A DNA stretch of 26,179 bases from a virus, in the IMG/VR virus record IMGVR_UViG_3300006045_000004, positions 1 through 26,179 of that record. The stretch is one strand, 5' to 3'. The notes beneath the pieces are model-generated. The model did no database searches, was not told the origin of the DNA, and saw nothing but the letters and a program-made list of their open reading frames with translations. This document shows, one piece after another, positions 10,077-16,257 of the stretch. How positions within the stretch are numbered: the first letter of the stretch is position 1; each line of letters starts with the position of its first letter. The translations under genes were made by a program, and so were the position numbers.

Positions 10077-10415
10077 TTAATCCTTTCTTATTTTTTCTCT
10101 TATCTCTTCTGATGCAGTTTTTTCTGCTGCTTTAATCGTTAAACCTTCGGTTCTTTTAAGTGAAAGAGTAAGAGCTGTTTTAATCTCCTCTGCTGTTAAT
10201 GGGATTTCAGGAATTGGATATGTTGGGTCTTCGAAAATTTCTTCTTCAATTTCTTGCTTACTTTCTTCCAAAAAACCTAAAACCTCTTTCTCCCAATCTT
10301 CATCAATAATCCACTCACCATCATCATTAATAACATAAATACGACCATTATCAAAAATATCTTTCAATACTTTTTTTGGTGCTTTATCTATATAATTCTC
10401 AATATCTTTAATCAT
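10077..10415 (-). CDS. Hypothetical acidic protein (112 aa)
   Basis: Operonic ORF with ATGA overlap to the upstream gene; no recognised motif. Confidence 0.7.
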   Translation of the reverse strand: MIKDIENYIDKAPKKVLKDIFDNGRIYVINDDGEWIIDEDWEKEVLGFLEESKQEIEEEIFEDPTYPIPEIPLTAEEIKTALTLSLKRTEGLTIKAAEKTASEEIREKIRKD

Positions 10416-11632
10416 ATTATATCCACCTTTGCACTCATTGTACTACTTCCAGCTGGTTTATTATAATAAAAGAAATGTACATCATTTATGGGCCAACTAA
10501 CATCCATTCCAAGCGTAAACCATTCTATATCTTGCGTTGTTTGGTTACTTGCAATTGTTGTTTCTTGGTAGAATCGTGCTCTAAATCTCCAATTTGTATA
10601 TCCATCATTCCACGATGTTACGATTTGTTTGGAATTAGCAGGGTCCATTAGTGTACCAACAGCCCAGTTCCCATTTAATTCATTTACGAGATTTGTTTGT
10701 CTCATCGTATTTAACATATGTGTGTTTAGTGCTTTGAACATTTTCATAAACATTGCTTTTTGTGTTGAATCTGTTACTTCTTTTGGGTTAGGTCCGTAAT
10801 AATAATGTCCATAGTGTTCATTCATAAAAAAACATCTATCTGTATTCATTGCTCTTATAAGTGCTATTCCAGTAGTATCATTATCTTGTGGTCTTTCAAA
10901 TATCATTTTTTTACACACTAACCAATCATTTATATCTATTGGTTTATTTAAATCATCTTGATTATATTTATATACACCTGCTGGTAAATGCCATAAATTT
11001 GGTTTTATTTTACTTAAATCAGGTCTATTTGCTATCTCATTATATTGAACAGGGTTTAATAATTTATCTTCAAACATTTGCTGACTAACAGTTCTTATTA
11101 AGAAAGGATTAGTATTAATTGTCTCCATAAAACTATTCATCCAACCAGAAAGACCAAAATCAATATAATCTATTAAATGATATATAACTGTATAATTTTT
11201 TATATATAATTGAGTATTATTATTTCTAAATTCAAAATAATCACTTAAATATTCTGGACTAAGTGATTCCATATCATCTAATCCCCCAGTAAATTTAAAC
11301 ATTAATTTACTATTTTTTACTATTATTTGAATTTGTCCACTATAATAATTTGGATTTGGAAAATCATCATAACTATAATGCCAAGAGAATATAACATCAT
11401 TTTTAAAGTCTACTAAATCAAGTGCTAATCCACCTGGTGCATCCCAACCAACTTGATTAACAAGGTCTTCATTCCCTTCTGTTAGTCTTGCAAAGTCTCC
11501 ACTACTAAATTCAGGTAATTCGTTTAGTGGTACTTTGCCTGCTTCGTCGAGTGATGCTACTCCGTTAGATTCGCTTCTTTTTATTATTTCGAAGATGTTT
11601 CCTTGTTTTTTTAGGTTGTTTTGTCCTGACAT
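10412..11632 (-). CDS. Putative tail fibre / receptor-binding protein (~406 aa)
   Basis: N-term 'NGVASLDEAGKVPLNELP' and 'YNEIANRPDLS' are common fibre motifs; start placed at M4 (11632), whose context GATTATTATG is shared with the 13320 start. Confidence 0.65.
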   Translation of the reverse strand: MSGQNNLKKQGNIFEIIKRSESNGVASLDEAGKVPLNELPEFSSGDFARLTEGNEDLVNQVGWDAPGGLALDLVDFKNDVIFSWHYSYDDFPNPNYYSGQIQIIVKNSKLMFKFTGGLDDMESLSPEYLSDYFEFRNNNTQLYIKNYTVIYHLIDYIDFGLSGWMNSFMETINTNPFLIRTVSQQMFEDKLLNPVQYNEIANRPDLSKIKPNLWHLPAGVYKYNQDDLNKPIDINDWLVCKKMIFERPQDNDTTGIALIRAMNTDRCFFMNEHYGHYYYGPNPKEVTDSTQKAMFMKMFKALNTHMLNTMRQTNLVNELNGNWAVGTLMDPANSKQIVTSWNDGYTNWRFRARFYQETTIASNQTTQDIEWFTLGMDVSWPINDVHFFYYNKPAGSSTMSAKVDII

Positions 11633-11676
11633 AATAATCATTTTTACGGTTTTTGTTATTAGTTTTGTAATGTTTT

Positions 11677-12303
11677 ATGTTTATTTCGTTAAATCAAAGT
11701 ATAATGAATAAAGCACATCCGATAGGTACAGTTTACCAAAATGTAGCTGACAACACAAACCCATACACCTTGTTTGGTGTAGGAACTTGGCAAAGAGTTA
11801 CTGGTAAATACTTACGAGCAATGACCGACCCAGAAGGTTCTGGTGCAACAGCACTAAATCCTAAAATGGGAGGAACAAACAGCATAAACATTGATTGGCA
11901 ACATAATCACGGAAACACTAATAATATTAGTGGGGCTCCAAATACAAATTATACAAGTACGCCAAAGAATAGTGGAGCAGATTATCCGAATGTATCAACA
12001 ATTGGAAACCACGCTCATTCTGTTCGTCTTGGTTGGGCAATTCCATCAAGTGGGTATCGTATTAGAACAACAACTGCTCTTGAATTAGGAGCTGTAAGTG
12101 GTAGTTATACTGGTTCAACTGTTGTAGTTGATAATCCACTATCCAATGTATCTGGTGATAGTGGTTCACATACTCACTCTATGCCACACGACCATTTAAT
12201 GACACATTACCATACTACAAATAATGCTGGAACTCAAACAAGTTCAGTTAAAACGATTGAACCTGAATGGGTTGGTACATATTCGTGGATAAGAGTTTTA
12301 TAA
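11677..12303 (+). CDS. Alternative (antisense, probably silent) fibre-tip cassette 1; T4 gp10/gp12 C-terminal-like domain with HxH motifs
   Basis: Begins SLNQSIMNK, identical to residues 127-135 of 12298-13320; HPIGTVY...NPYTLFGVGTWQ...HNH...HAH...HTH...HDH...HYH...WIRVL; no N-terminal domain and no obvious RBS. Confidence 0.85.
   Translation: MFISLNQSIMNKAHPIGTVYQNVADNTNPYTLFGVGTWQRVTGKYLRAMTDPEGSGATALNPKMGGTNSINIDWQHNHGNTNNISGAPNTNYTSTPKNSGADYPNVSTIGNHAHSVRLGWAIPSSGYRIRTTTALELGAVSGSYTGSTVVVDNPLSNVSGDSGSHTHSMPHDHLMTHYHTTNNAGTQTSSVKTIEPEWVGTYSWIRVL
11685..11712 (+). repeat. Outer crossover site of segment 1: TTCGTTAAATCAAAGTATAATGAATAAA
   Basis: Exact reverse complement of 12916-12943; core TTCGTTAAA-TCAAAG-TATAATGAA. 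Confidence 0.95.
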
Positions 12304-13320
12304 TACTCGTATCCACATTGAAGTAAGGATATGGTCTGGATTTATACTATCTGGATTAGCACTACCTGCATTATTTGTTGCGTGAATATGGGTCATTAAA
12401 TGGTCATGAGATAATGTATGTGTATGTGCCGTTCCAGGCATATTTCTACTATTAGCATAAGTATCATTTGCTGGAACAGTATCATTAATAACAAGTTTAT
12501 TACGATTATTGGTTGAAGAACTAATATTTGTTATATCTGTATTAACTCCTCCAGTTCCTAATAAAACAACTCCTGCTAATCTTGAACCAGCTTCATTAGT
12601 AAAGAACAATCTATCTGGGTGTTTATGTGATGACTCAGCACTTGTAGTTTGTGCAGAAGCACCTGAGTTCATTGCATTACTTGTGTAAGAACCGTTTGGT
12701 GCTGATGTTATATTATTAGTGTTACCGTGATTATGTTCTGGTAAGTTATTTAAACCAAGTTTTCCAGTATATTTAACTGTACCATCTAATGTATCGCCGA
12801 ATTTCATTCCTCTTGGATATGCTCCTTCGATTTTCTGCCAAGTACCCACTCCAAAGAGTGTGTAAGGGTCAGTATCATTTAAAGCATTCATATATACATA
12901 TCCAACTGGGTGACTTTTATTCATTATACTTTGATTTAACGAATCATATAGTTCTCCTTCTCCATTTTTTAAATCTTCTAACATTTGATAAATATCTATA
13001 AGGTCTAATTCTTCATTATTTATTTCTATCTTGTTTGCTTTATCAGATACATCTACATTTCCATGTAAATTTCCTAATAAAGTCCAACCATCAAATTTAT
13101 GATAAAGATTACCGTTTCCACTATTTATATATACATCACCATCTACTCCTATTTGTTCTGATGGTGGGTCATCTCCTCCAACGAAAAGACTCCAAGGTGT
13201 TTCTATACTACAATTTGTATATATGTCTCCGTTTTCATCGAATATTAAATCTGAACATACGGATTTGTGCTTTATGCACAGTTTTTCCCATTCGTTTGTT
13301 TCTGGATTTTTAAATTTCAT
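12298..13320 (-). CDS. Tail fibre 1 (340 aa): constant N-terminus (~126 aa) plus switchable tip
   Basis: 'GGDDPPSEQIGVDGDVYINSGNGNLYHKFDGWTLLGNL' fibre module, then HPVGYVY...DPYTLFGVGTWQ...HxH motifs...MWIRVL. Confidence 0.9.
   Translation of the reverse strand: MKFKNPETNEWEKLCIKHKSVCSDLIFDENGDIYTNCSIETPWSLFVGGDDPPSEQIGVDGDVYINSGNGNLYHKFDGWTLLGNLHGNVDVSDKANKIEINNEELDLIDIYQMLEDLKNGEGELYDSLNQSIMNKSHPVGYVYMNALNDTDPYTLFGVGTWQKIEGAYPRGMKFGDTLDGTVKYTGKLGLNNLPEHNHGNTNNITSAPNGSYTSNAMNSGASAQTTSAESSHKHPDRLFFTNEAGSRLAGVVLLGTGGVNTDITNISSSTNNRNKLVINDTVPANDTYANSRNMPGTAHTHTLSHDHLMTHIHATNNAGSANPDSINPDHILTSMWIRVL
12916..12943 (-). repeat. Inner (intragenic) crossover site of segment 1
   Basis: TTTATTCATTATACTTTGATTTAACGAA is the reverse complement of 11685-11712. 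Confidence 0.95.
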
Positions 13321-13358
13321 AATAATCTTTAATTTTTTAATAATGTTTTGTAGTATTC

Positions 13359-13391
13359 TACTAATTTTTCAAAAATTAGTATTTAAATACT
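13359..13391. promoter_or_regulatory. Overlapping palindromes containing an archaeal TATA-like element; possible promoter/operator or recombination accessory site
   Basis: TACTAATTTTT-C-AAAAATTAGTA (13359-13381) and AGTATTTAAATACT (13378-13391), which reads TTTAAATA on both strands. Confidence 0.45.
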
Positions 13392-13404
13392 TATTTTTCT
13401 TCGT

Positions 13405-13433
13405 TATATAATAATATAATGAACAATGAACAT
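13405..13433 (+). repeat. Outer crossover site of segment 2: TATATAATAATATAATGAACAATGAACAT
   Basis: Exact reverse complement of 14365-14393; core at 13400-13423 is TTCGTTATA-TAATAA-TATAATGAA. Confidence 0.95.
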
Positions 13434-13874
13434 GATATAGGTTCTATCTATTTCACTTTTAATGTAAGTGATAATCCTAATAATAAATATCCTGGAACAT
13501 GGATATTATTAGACTCAAATACATATCTTATAAGTGCAGGTAATGGAATTAATGCCAAACAAAGTATAGGAAATAATCAAAGAAGTATAGATATTGATTG
13601 GTTACATACTCACGCTCAAAACGCACATAAACATAGTTTATATGTTAAAGCACCACCAGCACCAGCAGGTGGAATAACAGTTCCAGCTTCTGTTCATGTA
13701 AACAATACATTTCCAGTAGATTGGAATACATCACAAATAACTAATCAAAATGTGATGAATAGTATGAATGATATAACTGCTACAAATCAAAATTCTGGAA
13801 CTATGAGTAAAACACAAACTTTTGATAATCGTCCTAATAGTACAGCAATTTATATGTGGGAACGAGTTAGCTAA
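13419..13874 (+). CDS. Alternative (antisense) fibre-tip cassette 2
   Basis: MNNEH identical to 13867-14790 at the repeat; GSIYFT...DNPNNKYPGTW...YLISAG...IDIDWLHTH...DNRP...YMWERVS. Confidence 0.85.
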   Translation: MNNEHDIGSIYFTFNVSDNPNNKYPGTWILLDSNTYLISAGNGINAKQSIGNNQRSIDIDWLHTHAQNAHKHSLYVKAPPAPAGGITVPASVHVNNTFPVDWNTSQITNQNVMNSMNDITATNQNSGTMSKTQTFDNRPNSTAIYMWERVS

Positions 13875-14790
13875 CTCTTCTCCACATGTAGAAAGCTATA
13901 CTTTTTGGTCTGTTGTCTTTAGTTGTTGATTGCGTTCCTTTGTTTACTATTGACATTGTTGTTGTTGGATTACCAGTATTACCAGTATAGCTTGTTACTT
14001 GTGATTGTAATCTTCCAGATTGAACATTTCTAATTCCCCAATTACTTGGTACAACATTTCCAAACCAATACCAATCATCTGTATTATCTACATCAGTACC
14101 AGCAGTTCCTGGTATTGTAGCTCCCACAGTTTCCTTATTTGAATGTCTATGGATATTTGTGTGTAAATGATTAGCATTATTTAAATCGTGATTATGTAAC
14201 CAATCAATATCAATTGTATTAGAACCAATAGTATTATTACCACCTGTAATAGTTGAACCAGCACTAACCAAGTATTGATTCTCATCTATAAGAGTCCAAG
14301 TACCTGGATATTTGTTGTTTGGGTTATCTGTGTTTAATATTGTAATATATAAACTACCCACAGAATGTTCATTGTTCATTATATTATTATATACAGAAGT
14401 ATATAAATCTCCTTCTCCATTTTTTAAATCTGTTAATTCTCCTTGCATTTGACTTAATGCTTGTAATAATAATGTATCATCATAAAACCCACCTTGTTCT
14501 TCTTGCTGACAATTTTCTTCTGGGTCTATCCATAAATCATATCCTTCTGGTGGTTCTTCATTACCTATCCAGATTTTATCTTGTCCACTTCCACCTCCAC
14601 TAAAACTATTAGCATCATAGAGTTTTGGTGTTCCTGAGTTATCTGTTCCATATAATTTATTATTTTGTGTTGTTTTATTGACTTTGTTATCTAATTCTGT
14701 TTGTACTAATTGGAGAGCTCCAGCTATCATTTTATTACAATAATCTTTGGCATCTTGCCATATTTTACCGAATTCGTCTCCAATTGCCAT
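13867..14790 (-). CDS. Tail fibre 2 (~307 aa): constant N-terminus plus switchable tip
   Basis: Start at ATG 14790 (MAIGDEF) preferred to TTG 14799; 'KIWIGNEEPPEGYDLWIDP'; tip GSLYIT...DNPNNKYPGTW...HNH..HLH..HRH...DNRP...YMWRRVS. Confidence 0.9.
   Translation of the reverse strand: MAIGDEFGKIWQDAKDYCNKMIAGALQLVQTELDNKVNKTTQNNKLYGTDNSGTPKLYDANSFSGGGSGQDKIWIGNEEPPEGYDLWIDPEENCQQEEQGGFYDDTLLLQALSQMQGELTDLKNGEGDLYTSVYNNIMNNEHSVGSLYITILNTDNPNNKYPGTWTLIDENQYLVSAGSTITGGNNTIGSNTIDIDWLHNHDLNNANHLHTNIHRHSNKETVGATIPGTAGTDVDNTDDWYWFGNVVPSNWGIRNVQSGRLQSQVTSYTGNTGNPTTTMSIVNKGTQSTTKDNRPKSIAFYMWRRVS
14365..14393 (-). repeat. Inner (intragenic) crossover site of segment 2
   Basis: ATGTTCATTGTTCATTATATTATTATATA is the reverse complement of 13405-13433. 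Confidence 0.95.
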
Positions 14791-14791
14791 A

Positions 14792-15418
14792 TTAATCAAG
14801 ACTGTTATTACTTCTAAATGTACTACTTATTGTATTTATTGTACTTTCTATTTCTGTTCTAAGGTTTCCAACTGTTGTATCTACATATATTTTATTCGCT
14901 GCTGCTGTATTTGTTGTTGGGTTTGGTACTATGGGTTCGTTAGTGAATGTTTTGATTCCAGATATGTTTTGATTTCCACTTGTTTTCACAACATTTCCAT
15001 CAAGAGTTGTTATTAACCCTCTTATATCTGTATGTGCTGTTCCACTTGTATTATGGTCATCTATTGCTTGTGCTAATTCTATTGGGTCTACTGTATCACT
15101 TACTGTTGAATATAATACCCATGTACTACTGCTTCCAGCCACTCTTTGGTATACTCCTTTGAGTTTTTCTGTTGGTTGTCCAGCATTTTCTGTTTTTCTA
15201 ACCATACATAGCCAGTCGAAACTTTGTTCTCCTCCACTTATAACTGGTAAATTGCTATATAAAGCTACACTTGGTTTCCATTTTTGTCCACCAGTAGTTA
15301 ATTGAGCAATTAAATCAGAAACATCACTTACTGTTAAAATCGTAAGACCAGAAATCTTACTATCAGTATAATCTTTACCGTCCTTATAAACCTTATTAAA
15401 GGCATCTACGAGTGTCAT
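14792..15418 (-). CDS. Tail fibre shaft/connector protein (208 aa)
   Basis: Fibre motifs 'WKPSVALYSNLP', 'AIDDHNTSGTAHTDIR' and 'SGNQNISGIKTFTNEPIVPNPTTNTAAANKIYVD'. Confidence 0.8.
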   Translation of the reverse strand: MTLVDAFNKVYKDGKDYTDSKISGLTILTVSDVSDLIAQLTTGGQKWKPSVALYSNLPVISGGEQSFDWLCMVRKTENAGQPTEKLKGVYQRVAGSSSTWVLYSTVSDTVDPIELAQAIDDHNTSGTAHTDIRGLITTLDGNVVKTSGNQNISGIKTFTNEPIVPNPTTNTAAANKIYVDTTVGNLRTEIESTINTISSTFRSNNSLD

Positions 15419-15425
15419 TTTATCT

Positions 15426-15695
15426 TTATCCTAATCCATTATTTACTCTAAATTGAACTGAAACATAACTAACAGCAGTTTCAATATCTTCAAATTTACT
15501 ATTAATTTCTGTTTTATTATAATAATTACTTAAATCAACATTACCAGATTCCAATAAACTTATTATATCATCAATTTCATTTTTTTTATAATAATTACTT
15601 AAATCAACAGAAACTGAACCACATTCTTTAAATTTTAAATCTGTATATGCTTTAGCAATCTCCAACAGCTCTCTGAAATAATCATCATAATTCAT
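15426..15695 (-). CDS. Small fibre connector protein (89 aa) with two VDLSNYY.K.EI repeats
   Basis: 24-bp direct repeat TTATAATAATTACTTAAATCAACA at 15517-15540 and 15586-15609; ATGA overlap with the upstream gene. Confidence 0.75.
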   Translation of the reverse strand: MNYDDYFRELLEIAKAYTDLKFKECGSVSVDLSNYYKKNEIDDIISLLESGNVDLSNYYNKTEINSKFEDIETAVSYVSVQFRVNNGLG

Positions 15696-16255
15696 AATCC
15701 ATTTTCCTTCTTAAAATCGTCAACAGCTTTCAAAATACTATCTTCCAAAGGTTCACCATTAAACTTAATAGTAGAACCAACTATATCAACAGAATTATCA
15801 TCAATGGATATTTTGTTTTCATTATATGCTATTTCACTATTACCACTTCCTACTACCAAATATCCATTATCTTTTTCGAGGGATATTGTTCCTGTTTGTA
15901 GTATGTTTTGTGGTGTGTCATCTATTATTGATATTATGTTGTATTCTCTTGATATTTTATCTAATGATACTTTTACTTTTATGTTTTTTGTTGGCACGAG
16001 GTATCCGTTTTTTTGTATTCCTTCTGGTATTTCCATTATATTTGATGTGTATGTACATCTGTATGGTGTATTATCAACTATTACTATCCATCCGTCTGAT
16101 TTTATGTATTTTAATTCTATTTGTTTTAATATTCCTTCTTCGTTCCATACATCATCTTGTCTTTGACCAGAACTACTACTTACTCCTCTCTCTGGTTGTA
16201 CAAATTTATTTAATGCTTTTTGTAATTGTACATTTGTTTTTTTATTATATTTCAT
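15692..16255 (-). CDS. Probable baseplate central spike (gpV/gp45-like)
   Basis: Follows the hub gene; beta-rich N-half and short beta-strand repeats 'GTISLEKDNGYLVVG...NKISIDDNSVDIVGSTIKFNG'. Confidence 0.6.
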   Translation of the reverse strand: MKYNKKTNVQLQKALNKFVQPERGVSSSSGQRQDDVWNEEGILKQIELKYIKSDGWIVIVDNTPYRCTYTSNIMEIPEGIQKNGYLVPTKNIKVKVSLDKISREYNIISIIDDTPQNILQTGTISLEKDNGYLVVGSGNSEIAYNENKISIDDNSVDIVGSTIKFNGEPLEDSILKAVDDFKKENGL

Positions 16256-16257
16256 TT

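Larger units (their letters stand above)
11685..12943. mobile_element. Invertible segment 1: tail-fibre tip switch, about 1.26 kb
   Basis: Bounded by perfect 28-bp inverted repeats; contains two convergent homologous fibre C-terminal domains in frame with the repeat. Confidence 0.9.
13405..14393. mobile_element. Invertible segment 2: tail-fibre tip switch, about 0.99 kb
   Basis: Bounded by perfect 29-bp inverted repeats (35 bp with 2 mismatches); contains two convergent homologous tip domains. Confidence 0.9.

Noticed and set aside
11685-14393. Assembly artefact producing inverted duplicates
   Set aside because: The paired cassettes are clearly diverged outside the short repeats and have intact frames; an artefact would give near-identical copies.
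11677-14790. Diversity-generating retroelement as the explanation for the similar tip sequences
   Set aside because: There is no reverse transcriptase in the window, the copies are inverted, and differences are not confined to adenines.
15517-15609. 24-bp direct repeat as a mini-CRISPR or att site
   Set aside because: There are only two copies, 69 bp apart and in frame, encoding a common fibre repeat (VDLSNYY).
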